Shown here: one piece after another, positions 1 to 11,575 of the stretch
Position numbering within the stretch: the first letter of the stretch is position 1
How the letters are laid out: each line of letters opens with the position of its first letter
Assembly: GCA_028534125.1 (NCBI GenBank)
Contig: CM052841.1
Location: forward strand, 66,836,001-66,900,000
Origin: Lama glama
Taxonomy: Eukaryota
Direction: 5' to 3'
DNA: 64,000 nucleotides
Notes under the pieces: generated by a model
Told to the model about the DNA's origin: nothing
Seen by the model: only the letters and a program-made list of their open reading frames with translations
Databases searched by the model: none
Translations under genes and position numbers: made by a program

Positions 1-2019
1 GGGGAGAAGAAATGTGCTCGCTGCGTGAACACATGTGTAGCCCCGCCCCTCCTGGACGGAGGTCTGTTGCCCCGCTCCCCACGGCCGGAGGCGTCGCTGT
101 GCCCAGGTTTGGTCCCTGGTGGGCCTCCTGTGCCCCGTGGTCCCTCGCTGCCTGTTGACGTGATGCTCTTCAGGGTCGAGAGCAAATACCTCCGTCTGAG
201 GACGCCGCCCTGCCTTTCTGTATCCTGAGTCCACAGGCCCCTTGGCCCGGACACTGCCAGGGCAGGAATCTTGCGACACTGGTCCTGTCTGTTGGCCGGG
301 CCTTGCGGAGTGAGAAGCGTGTGCATGTGCGTGCAGCCCCGGGCCCGATGGCCGGGACCTGAGCCTGAGCCCCCGCGCCTGCCAGTGCGGGTGAGGCTGG
401 AGCACGCTGAGGCCCACCTGCCTGCTGTCGGCGTCCACGGCGCTCAGAGCTGCCCTCTGAGGACCCCGAGACAGGCGGGGCGCCCTCGCCTGCTGGTTTT
501 CCCTCTTCCATAGACTCCTATTTGTCAGGATCAAGGCTGAGTGCCCACGGGCCCCTCTGCCACTGCTGGGAAACGGGCCCCTCCCCAAGACAGCCCCTCC
601 AGCCTCGGCTCATCTCCACCTTTCCCAAAGTCCAGACATAATGCATCTGAGTTCGTCTGGGGTCTGGCCCCGGCAAAGCGAGGTGGTGGTCTTCAGGTCA
701 GGCACCCTCCCAGATGCACTTGAAACGAGGGTCTCACGTGAAGGCCCCCCCAGAGCTGGGTGGAGGCAGCCCCATGCCTCTCGCTGGGCAGCTCCCAGGT
801 GATGGCTGGGGACGCCGGGCAGCCCTGTACAAGTGAGGGGGGCTGTCCATATCCGAGCATCCTAGGACCCAGCGCTTTCTCCTATCTGTCCTGGGTGCCT
901 GGCGCTCCAGCTTACAGACACCCCTCCGAGGGAGGGCAGAGGAGGTGACTGGAGCTCTTCACCGTCTCTGCATAAGGTCAGGGCAGGACCCTTCTGGCTC
1001 GGGGCTTCCCAGCGCTCCCCCACCCTTCCCCGAAGCTGGCCGGCCTGGACTGCAGGCTCGACGGCCTGGAACAGGCCCCTGGCCTCTGGGAGGCTGAGCT
1101 GCAGCAGACTTGGCCTCCCCTCCGTCGGGAGCCGAAGTCCTTGCTGCCGCGCCGGCTGGGGAGGAGCAGCTGGCCTGGCCTCTGGGAAGGGTTCCTGGGG
1201 CCGGGCTGTCCCCACAGGGCCCCTCCTGAGCTCCTATCCACCATGTTTTGGCCGGGGCTGGCCTGCTGGGCGGCGATGTGACAGACTTGAGAGTGAACAC
1301 AGTTCCCCTGACCTAGAAGGCACCTGGGGGAGATGGCGGGGTGACACTGGAGGGACGGACATGGTGTCCGCGCTCGGCCCCCGAGCCCACTGCCGGCCCC
1401 AGGCCTGCCGGTCACCTGGGCCGCCCTGACCTCACACTTCCGTTCCCTCCGCCGTAGCCGGGATGACAGCTGCACCCCCATCAGGGCCGGCTGGGGACCG
1501 CGGGAGTTCACCGGGGAGCTGCAGCCGTCCGCGCGGGTCTGCAGGGAGGTGGCTTGGGCGGCCTTTCTGCTTGCCCGCTTGCTTGTGTTTCTCTGCTACA
1601 TGGATGAATGATTGGGGTCATTTTTTTTAAGTTAAATGGTTGCTTTGAACAAACCTAGGATTGTTGTCCACCTGCATGTTGGTCATGTGGTAAAAAGGGA
1701 CATTAAGCATTAACAGACGCCCCAGAAAGCGCCTCACCGTCACAGGCTGACCCGGCAGCGGCCGCCCGCAGGGCTCGGAGCCGGAGGCGAGGCCAGGCCA
1801 GCGGGCCGCGGCCCCGGTGCGGGGAGACGCACACGTGGATGCAAGACACCCTCAGTGATGGGTGAGGGACGGGGGGGTGGTCGCGGGAGGGCCCTGAGGG
1901 GGCTGTGGGAGAGCTAGGGCCTGAGCCGGGTCTTGGAGGATGAGCAAGACTTTAACAGGCGGAGAGCTGAGGAGGTGTCCATGGTGTCCAGGGGCTGGGA
2001 GGACCGTGAGCACACAGCC

Positions 2020-2213
2020 CCCTCCACCCATGTCCACCCACCCCTCAGCCCCCACCCCCCACCCACACCCACCCATCTGCTCACCCACCCAACACACACA
2101 CCTCCACGCACTCTCAACACCCTCCACCCTGCCACCCACATCCATCCCCCCACTCAGCCCCCAGCCCCCAAGTGTGCATGTGCGCGTGCGCGCACACACA
2201 CGCACACACACAC
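2020..2213. repeat. (CCCA)n low-complexity tract followed by TG/CG/CA alternating repeat
   Basis: Direct reading. Confidence 0.8.
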
Positions 2214-3413
2214 GGAGGCTTCATGGAGGTTTCAGGTACGTGCCAGGAGTGGGGGCTGCAACAAGAGGCAGAGCCAGGGGCAGGTGAGGCCGGCCTGCTG
2301 GGAGGCTAGGAGGAGGCAGGTTGGGCAGCGCCGGCAGCAGGTGCCGAGGGGGGTTGTGAAGCAGGCGCTCAGGCTGGGGGTGGCTGGTGACCTGGTCGCC
2401 AGCATCTTGCTCGGGGCGGGGGCTGGAGGAGTGGCAGTTCTTAACTGAGCAAGTCTGGGCCCACGGTGGCCCGTGTGAGGGTTCTGGGCACGGGCCACAC
2501 CAAGCCCTCAGGCCCCAGCGGCGGCACCTGAGCAGATGGATGGGAGCCACAGCGCAGGGTTCCAGAAGCCCGAAGCCCCTCCAGCTGTCCCCCAGCCCCT
2601 CTGGGGCCAGCAAGCTGCCCCGCCCCCGGAGAGCACCCCGCTCAGGGAGGGGGTCTGGAGAGGAAGCGCACGTTCCTCCGGTTCGGGGCCCTGTCCTCCC
2701 CCTGCTACTCTGTCAGGCTGGGCCCGGGGCCAGCCAGCCCCAGGGACACGCCGTCCCTTGGCCTGGCCTCTGGAGCAGGGCCCGTGCTGGGAACATCGTC
2801 TGACCCTGTGTTCCAGGCGCGGCTGTGTCCTCAGCGTGCAGCTGTGCCCAGCTGTTCCCCAAGTGACATCATCCGGAAAGCCCACCCCTCCCCAGCAGCT
2901 CGGCTGACCAAGGGACACAGGTGTTGGGGCCCTTTTGGGGACCCCTGACCCTTGGAGTAACAGGAAGAGGCCAAGCCCTGCTTGGCTTGCAGAGTGGTGG
3001 GAAGCACTGACGTCCTGAGTGCCCCGGAACGTCGGGCTGACGCTTGTCCGCAGCCCAGGCCACGGGGTGGCTTTACCTGTAGGCAAAGGTGCTTGGGTTT
3101 GTAAAGTCAGGATGGCGCCGCCTGCCAGTGGAACAGCTCATAACTCCATCATCATGACCACCAGCGTCACAGGCGGAGGGAGGCCAGCCGGCCCCGTGAC
3201 CTCTGCCCTCCCTGGATCCCGAGATACTCAGCCCAGAAGCTCTCACCTGAGTCCTCTGTGGAGCATTCACTTCACCGGGGGGCGCCGCGCCTCAGATCCT
3301 TCATCTGTGAAATAAAGGCGAAAGATTTCTGTTCCTATCAGTGCGGCCAGTTAAGAACCTACAATTCCTCCCTTAAAAGCAGCTACAAACTCTGGATAAA
3401 ATAAAAGATGTCT

Positions 3414-3520
3414 GGGGGGCTGGGGGGAACAGCTCAGTTGTAGAGTAAATGCTTAGCGTGCATGAGGTCCTGGGTTCAATCCCCAGTACCTCCATTAACA
3501 AAAAAAATTTAAAAGTTAAA
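3414..3520 (+). mobile_element. tRNA-derived SINE, Vic-1-like (camelid)
   Basis: AGCTCAGTTGTAGAG...GCTTAGCGTGCATGAGGTCCTGGGTTCAATCCCCAGTACCTCCA plus A-rich tail; imperfect TSD aaagatgtc (3404) / aaagatatc (3529). Confidence 0.85.
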
Positions 3521-3643
3521 CTAAAATCAAAGATATCCATCTTGGATGCTGTCTCAGGCTGGCTAGGAAGTCCGGAACCCTTGGGCCGGGAGGAGGAACG
3601 TGAGAGAGAAACATGGCATATGGAAGCTGGCTTTGCTTTGAAG

Positions 3644-4090
3644 TGTGGGGGCATCAGAGACCAAACAAGGGGACTTTATTGTTTATTGTGCCAGGGAGAG
3701 CCGCAATTTTGAGGCCCACCACCCCAAGCGAGGCTCCCTGCTGGCCTGGCACAGAGTTTCAGCAGGAGTGGTGTCAGGCCTGGGGGGACCTGGGTGTTCC
3801 TCAGCTGAGGGAGTGTGGTTTCTGGCGTGTGACCACCACTGACTGGCTGGCTGAAGCGGGGGGTCACCGATTGGTTGAGACAGGTTTGAGGCTGGTTCTG
3901 GTGTTTCTTGGTTGTGATGGTCGAAGAAAAGTCTGCCTTCTCTTTTTGGATTTGGAGAGCTGAAACTCTTCTACGCTCACAGGTAAACCAGAGCATCATT
4001 GTTCTGGATCTCTTTGGGCCGAGGGACAGAAGAGGAAGCACAGAGCCTGGTCATGTCAGGGGCCCGACAGAAGACCACCTCCACCCATCC
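3644..4090 (-). mobile_element. Solo ERV LTR-like element (family unassigned, 5' boundary uncertain)
   Basis: Minus strand has a CCAAT box, then AATAAACAATAAAGTCCCCTTGTTTGGTCTC..., ending in CA at 3644: typical U3-R-U5 layout. Confidence 0.45.
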
Positions 4091-4329
4091 AGGGTTCCGG
4101 AGGGCCCAACCTCAGCATCCAGGTCAACTGGAAAAGCCACCCTCCAGGTGGTGCGTCTCCTGCCTTGGGGCCGAGGAGCGGGCGCACAGTGCTGTGAGGA
4201 TCCGGCATCACAAGCTGGCCCCGGGTGTGTGAGCGGTCTGAACTCAGGTTCCCTCAACTGCCCCCAAACCTCAAACGAGGGATGTTTTTAGTTAAAAGGA
4301 TTCTCAGACTGCAAACACTTTCTAAAGGA

Positions 4330-6230
4330 GCCTGCCTTTATCTCAAGCCTCAGAAAATGTGCACAAGTTTCCACGGCCCGAGTAAAAATTCACCATGGAC
4401 ACAAGGAAACAAGGCACATGAGTAAGAGCTGACAGAAACAGTAGGTGGTAGAGTCAGATCAGCCAAAAATTCAGACTGGGAACCAGCAGATCCACAAAAC
4501 AAAATGAACATGTTTTACAGGAGAAATAAAAGGGACTTGGGTACACTGGCACCGAACACACTCCTGGGATGAAAAAAACCAGAACACTTGAAATTAAAAA
4601 ACAAGAATATGAAAATGAATATATGTGTGTGTATGCATGACTGGGACACTGTGCTGTACACCAGATGTCGACACGTTGTAACTGACTGTACGTCAATTTA
4701 AAAAAAGGAAGTTAAAAGCCGGAGGATGGTGTAAGGACAGCTTAGACAGAGCTAGAGGCATTAGTGGCCTGAAGGATAAGGCCAAAGGAATTAGGAAGAT
4801 TACACTGGGAAATACGAAAAAACTGAGAGAACAGAGTGAGAAGCCAAGGATGTGGCTAACAGGAGCTGCAGGAAATGAAGAGACCTCGGGGGCAGGGGCA
4901 GCGTCCGAAGAGCATTAAGGCTGAGGCTGCTCCAGATCTAATGAAAGGCAGTTGCCCACAGATGTAAGAAGCCCAACGACCCTCAGGCGAGATGAGTGCT
5001 AGGGCTCCACACCTTGTCACTTCAGAGTGAAAACGCAGACCATCAGAGGCCAGCAGAAGGCCTGGGAGCGGATCGGAGAGGAAGCACAGCGCACCGGCCA
5101 GGACAGTTACGCGGAGAGCCTGCTCCTCAGTAGGAAAAACGGGAGCCTGGAATAGAGAAGTGACGTCGTCAAAACCGCCGAGAGCAGAAGCCTCGGAGCC
5201 GGGAAGTCAGCACCCAGGGAGAAGGGGCAAGGCGAAGGCAAGACGGAAGCCAGGAAAGTGTTCCGCAAACAGTTCGCGCCGGAGGAAGTTTTAAAGGACG
5301 GATTTGGGCAGAAGGAAAGTAAGCCCAGATGGGTGGCAGGAATGTTAGAAAGGATGAGAGGGAAAGAGGCTGTTGTCTATGTGGGCAAATCAAAATGGAA
5401 GTACAGGTGAAGAGACCACGTGGGGTTTAAATGAAGCCAGTGCAAACCCACAAGTAGTAACGGCCTTCAGGTTAGGGGCGGGGCATCGGAACGAAGTGTC
5501 GAGAGTCCCTGCAATGTTCAAGAAGAAGAAAAAGAGGGGGAAAAAAAAAAGAGAAAAACCCCTACGTGTTTATAATCAGAGAACATTGTACAATTGAAAC
5601 AAACCAAAAAAAATTAGTAAGCACTTTTAAAAAATTTGGAGATGTTAATGAAGCTTATTTATAAAAGTTTTTTTTTTAAAAGAAGAAAAAGTACTTAGCT
5701 TAGACTTTGATCAGCAACCACTGAAAGACTAGAAACAGAGTGAGTAAATTCTAATCCACCGGGGAGGAAAAAAACCACAAGAATCCAAAAGAAGGCAAGA
5801 AGGGGCAGAAAACGGAACGTGAAAAAGACAGAGAAGGTGATAAAAATCCGTCCAACTACGTCGGCAATTACAATGTGCAGAAACTAACAGGACGTGATAG
5901 TTAAAAACCAGCGATTTCAGGCTGGGTAAAAAGGACCAAACCCAGCTGGTATTTTTAAGAAACGCGTCTAAAACATAAAGACGCAGAAAGACAGAGAGGA
6001 AGCGTTTATGCAAATACTAAACCAGAGGATGCTGAGAGGACTGCATTCACGTCAGAAAAATACACTTTCAGGCAGAAGGAACTGTTAGAGATAGCGCTTC
6101 ATTCACGGCTTAATAATAAAACATCTGATTTATTGGGAACGTGTAACGATTCCTCCTTTGGTTACTTGGTAACAAAATCTCAAGATTCGGCAGAACTACA
6201 AGGTGAAATAACAAAACCATTAGAGGGGGA
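4330..6230 (+). mobile_element. Ancient degenerate L1 (ORF1 / ORF2-endonuclease region remnant)
   Basis: A-rich purine-biased plus strand resembling old L1M ORF1 and ORF2 5' sequence; no open frame. Confidence 0.6.
4590..4707 (+). mobile_element. Younger artiodactyl/camelid L1 3' end inserted in the older L1
   Basis: GAATATATGTG...GCATGACTGGGACACTGTGCTGTACACCAG...TGTAACTGACTGTACGTCAATTTAAAAAAA. Confidence 0.75.
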
Positions 6231-6239
6231 GATTTTTTT

Positions 6240-7010
6240 GAAAAACAGGTTTAGACGTGTAATGTACACACATAAGTCCACCCATGTTAAGTTCAGGGAG
6301 CTTTTGGTAAACCTGCAATTCTGTGTCACCCTCACTACACTCGGGGGCTTTGTCACCCCACCCCGGGCCCATCTGTAGCCAAGCCGTGCTTCCCCACCCC
6401 CAGCCCCAGGCAGCCGCCAGCCTGTTTCAGCATCCCCAAGGTTCACCTCTTCTAGAAATAGGATGCTTCTCTTCATATGAAATTGGGGTTGTAGCTACGC
6501 CACTGGGTGTGCCGCGGCGTCTCAGCGCGGTTTGATCTGCGTTTCCCAGGTAACTAATGAGAAGAGCCAGGATGCGCGTCTTTTCACGGGCTCCTCGGCC
6601 GTTCATAAACCTTCGGTGAAGTGTCTGTTGAAGTCTTTTGCCCGCTTCTTCCTGAGCGGCCTTTTTGTCATTGAGTTTTGAAAATGTATTTATACGCTCT
6701 GGATGCAAGTCCTTTACCACACGTGTGTTCTGCGAATGTCCCCTCCCTGTCGCTTGTCTTTTCGATTTTCGTAATGATGTCTTTTGAAGGGCAAACATTT
6801 AAGATTTTGACGGAGTCTAGTTTTTGAATTTTGGGGGATGGATTGCATGTTTGGTGGCGTAGCTCAGAATCTCTGCCTAAGTAAGCCAAGGTCGTAAGTA
6901 TCTTTTCTTCTGTTTTCTGCTAGAAGCTTTCTGGGTTTTGGAGTTATTTTAGGGGTAGAGTGTGGCATAAAGGTTGCGTTTCCTCTTTTCTGGGGACGTC
7001 TGTCTGCCCC
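6240..7010 (-). mobile_element. Old L1M 3' region (ORF2 end / 3' UTR) fragments
   Basis: T-rich plus strand (GGATGCAAGTCCTTTACC...GATGTCTTTTGAAG). The minus-strand translation resembles L1 ORF2 C-terminal pieces (KTSLRKSKRQAT...). Confidence 0.7.
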
Positions 7011-9869
7011 AGCTTCCTCCGTTCCAGAGGCTGTCCCTTCCTGAGTGCGAGCTCTAACACCCCTCTCAGCAGCTGACAGCAGCTACTCAGTAAGGATGTA
7101 GGAGATTGAATAACACAGCCAGCAAGCTTGCTCTGACCCACTCCTCCAGAACGTGGCCAGCAAGCAGGCTTCGCAGGCTCTCGCAGGGCAGCTGGGACCA
7201 CTGACCCCCACGGGGTCCTGGGGCAGCCGTGGCCCATTGTGAAGCACTGGCTGAACTCAGCGCCAGTCGGAAGCCAGTAAGAATGATGACAATAAAGGAG
7301 AAGGAGGAGTCCCTCACCAGAAAGTGACGTGAGCGCACATCACATGGGAACCAAAATGCCGGCGGCTGGGAGGCCCAAGAGTCAGCGTCAGACTCCTTCC
7401 TCCTCCCTGACCTGTCGCCTTCCCACCTGTGCGGGGCGTTGGCCAAGAGGCTTGGGACGAGGAAGTGATCACGGGTGCGGGAGCCCCTCCAGGCTGTCAA
7501 GTCCGGCGTCGGGGTGGTGACCACCGTTCGTAGGATGCAGGCATCGCGGGGCCCAGGCGTGTGCGGGGGAATCAGCCAGCCCTTGGCGGCCTCAGAGGTG
7601 GCCTTTTGTGCGGATGTCTCTGTCCCAGCTAGAAGCCTGAGGCCAGAGTGCCCCCACTCTGCCCCTCCTCTCCCACCCCGGGGAGTCAGGCTGCTGGTCT
7701 GAGCCGGCAGCTTCCTGGAGCTGCTTATCAGCTGCTGCTTTGAGGCTGGCGGCTGCGGTGCGGGGGGCCGGACGCTCTGCCAAACACCTTCCAGATGTGA
7801 CCACAGCTACCTGATAGCCTGGCTCCGGCTGGGGCCCTCGGCCAGCAGGCTCCTGTTAGCCGAGCTGTTAGGAAAACAAAACCTGGTGAATGCACGAGAG
7901 GCCCGCCTTCTCCAAGGGGAGAGCAGGGGCGATTAGGCCGGTGCGTGGTCTCAGGTCCAGGCTGGCCCGTTCCTGGCCTGCAGCCCGTGCGGCCTGGCCC
8001 TGAACTTGGGGCGGTCACCGCCGTCCACTGGCTGCCTCCTGGCTGGGGACCTCCGTCTCCCCAGCTAGAGGGGCTCCCTTGAGGACTGGCTTGGACCTGT
8101 CATCCTGTTTCTCCACAACGCACGTGGTGGGGCGCTGGGCCAGGCCGCTGCTCACGGCCACGCGACAGCACGGCGCCTTTTTGCTGGTGCGATGGAGGGT
8201 CCTGTGCGCCTCTGCAGGCCTTCCTGAGCCGGGCAGGTGGTCTGCAGTGGGGGGCCCAGGGAGAGGTGCCGTGACCGCCATCCCGTCCCATTGGACGGCC
8301 CAGCGGACTAAGCAGGCTCCCTGCTTCTAGAGGTGTTGGGAGCTGAAGTCACTCAAGGTCATATGGCCCCTGGGGAGTGGGCACTCCAGAGCCCGTCCCT
8401 TTCCTGGCACATGGGCTCAACCACCCTCTCCAGGTGGATGGGTCAGCAAGGGTCAAGGCCAAAGCCTCTGAGGTCACTAACTAGCCATCTACCAAGTGTG
8501 GGCCCTTCCAGGAGCCGCCAGCCTGCCCTCAACAAGACAGACATGGAAAAACCCTCCCATTCATTCCTTTACACATGTGCTGAGTGAGCTCGGGGAGCAG
8601 GGTGCCGAGTGGGGTGCTCCGGCTGGCGCTGAGCTTCCAGACTTCAAAGGGCCTCAGACGCCTCCCGACCTCTCTGGGCATCAAGCTGGCGTGCGTGGTC
8701 CCTGCTGCCCTCTGGGCCAGCCTGTCCTCACCTCCCGCCTCCCCACCCCACCCCCGACAAAGGACACAGGAATGCCAGAGGCCAAGGAGACTGGGGGTGG
8801 CCTGCACTCCTGCTGCTTTACAAAACCAGTTCAGAAGCTTTGGACAATTACCTTGACGCCCTCTCCCCAAATGCAGACACGCTTCCTGGAGCCTGAGAGG
8901 AGGCCAGGGGAGCAGGCCAGGGTCTGCCAGCCCTGTTGAGGCCACCGCCTGGCCCCCTTCAGGCCACCCTCTCCTCCTTCGTCTCCCTCCCTCTGCCCTC
9001 GCCAGGCTCCCTGCTGCCTCCTTCTGGACAGCAGCCTCTGGTCTCTCCCAACTGCCCGCCTTCTCTGGGCAGTGGGACCCGACTCCCTAAAGTCCCTCCA
9101 CAACAGCGACAGCCTTTTAGACCCTCGGGACGCAGCCCACCCACTCACCTAGCCCTGCGCACAGCCGCCCCAGCCCTTAAGCCCCTGCAGTACCCGCAGG
9201 GACCCTATTTGATCTTCCACCCCCTCTCTGGACCACTGACCCCCATCCCTCATTCCTCAGCCCTGTCTCTGCTGCCCTCCCTAGACTGTGCGGACTGAGG
9301 GTCTGCTGGTTGCAGGTGAACCCGAGGGGGCAGGGAAAGCTGTGTGGCTCCCGGTGGCCACTTGGGAAGGTGGTGGTGCTTCATCTGAGCCCGGTGCGGC
9401 CAGCTGCTTCCTCCCTCTTTGAACCTTGAACTTGCCGGGCCGGACTCTCTCCATCTTGTCCTGGCGCATACACCAGCGACGGAAGCAGGGGCAGCCCCGG
9501 GGACAGCACCTGCCTCTCCATGGGGTCAGCACTGATTTTCTCACTGCTATCAGGAAGGGTGCAGGAGGTCGGGGAGAGAGAGTCAGGGCACGGGAGACAG
9601 TCAAACTGGAATTGTGAAGCCATCCCAGGTGAGGCCCGAGAGCCAGGTATCTGCACACTTACGTGGTTCAGTCCACTTGGCTTTTCTAGTTTCAGTCTCC
9701 AGCCTGCCTCTTCCAGGCAGCCTGCCTTGCTTAACTCCTGAATCCATAATAAACACTTGGTTTGAAGCATTTTGTTTTCTTGTCAGATGGGGGTGTTTGG
9801 CGGGGTGAATGTCCCCTGACGGTAAGGACCCCTCTACTACATCCTGGCTTGCCCGTGACCATTGCTAAT

Positions 9870-10000
9870 GAAAGTAACAATGACGCCATTTAAAACATAC
9901 TCTGCTAAGCACTTTGCATTCAATTATCTCATTTAATCTTGGCAAAACCCGCGTGAAGTGGGCATTATTACAAATGGAGAAACCGAAGCAGAGAAGACTA
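9870..10000 (-). mobile_element. MIR fragment
   Basis: TAAGCACTTTGCATTC..ATCTCATTTAATCTT...ACAAATGGAGAAACCGAAGCAGAGA. Confidence 0.65.
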
Positions 10001-11215
10001 GGCAATGGCCGCAGAGGGGAAAAGAGCGCAGGGCGGCACGGCCCGCAGGCCTGCCTCCTCCCCTCTATGCCTGACCGCCACCACCAGCCCGGCCCCCTGC
10101 CTCCTCTCTGCCCTCTTCACTCTCCCAAGACCTTGCCAGTCCGGCCAGCCTCTGATTTAGTTCACCCTAACAAGCCCGAGGGGCTGGCGGGAGAGGCTGC
10201 CACTCCCAGTCACAGGTGGGGACACCAGGGGCAGAGGCTGGAACAGCCAGGCCCCCAGGACACGGAACCGCGAGGGGGTGGCCAGGACAGCAGCCAAGGC
10301 CCTAGGTGCCACATGCCCTGTGTCGCTCGCTGCTAACCCTGTTACTCCAGTTAACCAGCGAGCCGGGTTTTACACCCTGGGGCTTACTGCCGACTCTGCA
10401 GAATCAGTCTTGCCCACATACCTGGCCCTCCTCCCTCAGCTCCTCCCGCCAAGACCCTGCGGCTGAGCCCCGGGTGAATTCCTGCAGCAGCGCTGGGCAC
10501 CCAGCGCTTTCCCAGCTAGAATCGCAGCTCCGGAGCGGGACAGGGATGGAGCAGATGGGGAGCTGTAAAGCCTTTTTTAAAGGGGCAATAAAAGTTTTGG
10601 GTTTCAGATGGTCTTGCTGGGGAAGAGAATAACAGAGACAGGAAATTTCAGTAGCAGACACGACAAAGGCCACAGCACGCAGACGGCCCTCAGACGAAAA
10701 CACCTCCGCTTGTGCAAACAGAGGGCGTCCTGGCGGGGGCCCAAGCCTTCCCCGCGCCATGCCAACCTCGCCCCAGCTCCGGGGAGGCGGAGGGGCCGCT
10801 ACAATAGACTGTTTTGTCTACGTTGTTGTAAATGTTTATAATAATTCTCCTTTCGGGCCGCCGGAGGTGTGCGGCGCCCTGCCCCCCACGCCCCCTCCCC
10901 GGCTGGGCTCTGGGTGCGCACGCGCAGGGAGGGGGCGTGCGCCTGGGCCCGGGGCACATCTGCTGCTTCTGCTCCTTGCTCTGTAGGCTCTGGGAGGCTG
11001 CTGTGGGGTCGCGCGCGTGCCCATCCACCCCCACCCCACCAGAGCCGCAGCCAGAACGGGGTGCTGCAGCCCTCTGCCTGTGCCACTCAGCTTAACCCCG
11101 GATTTCCAAACCCACGTGTCGGGGGCGCTCCCCAGCCTTTTGGTTCCTATAGATGCACTGCCCACCCCTCTCCCCCCCCCGCCCCCCGCCGACCCGGGTA
11201 GCTGCCAGCCTCAGG

Positions 11216-11397
11216 GGCTAGATGCCCCATGAAATACAGGACTCTGGGTTACGTTTAAATTTCAGAGGAATAGGGAGTCAGTTTTTAGTATGTCTCCTGC
11301 AAATATGGGAAAAATTTTAAAACTGGGAAAAATAACTGTCTGTCGTTTATCCGGAATTCAAATGTAACCTCGCATCCTGTATTTTATCGCAACCCTA
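11216..11397. mobile_element. MER53-like palindromic non-autonomous hAT DNA transposon
   Basis: Arms 11229-11269 and 11347-11387 are near reverse complements; ends GCAACCCTA as in MER53. Confidence 0.8.
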
Positions 11398-11575
11398 CAC
11401 GTGTGGCTATTTATATTTAAATTAATGAAACTGAACTGACGTTTAATGACTCAGCTCCTCCTCCGTTGCACCAGCCCCATTTCAAATGCTCGGGGGGCCT
11501 GTGGGCAAGTGGCTGGCCGCCGTTGGGGTGGGGAGCATCTCTCCCATTGACGCAAGCGCTGGGTGCAGTGCTGTT
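11398..11575 (-). mobile_element. MER3-like hAT-Charlie element
   Basis: CACGTGTGGCTATTTATATTTAAATTAAT...CAGCTCCTC...GCACCAGCCCCATTTCAAATGCTC...GTGGCT. Confidence 0.7.

Noticed and set aside
3421-3495. tRNA-like sequence with A and B boxes
   Set aside because: An A-rich tail and TSD follow, and a second degenerate copy exists at 16.7 kb: this is a SINE, not a tRNA gene
1-10000. Expected neighbour SLC2A6
   Set aside because: No GLUT6-like peptide seen in any frame; presumably lies outside the window
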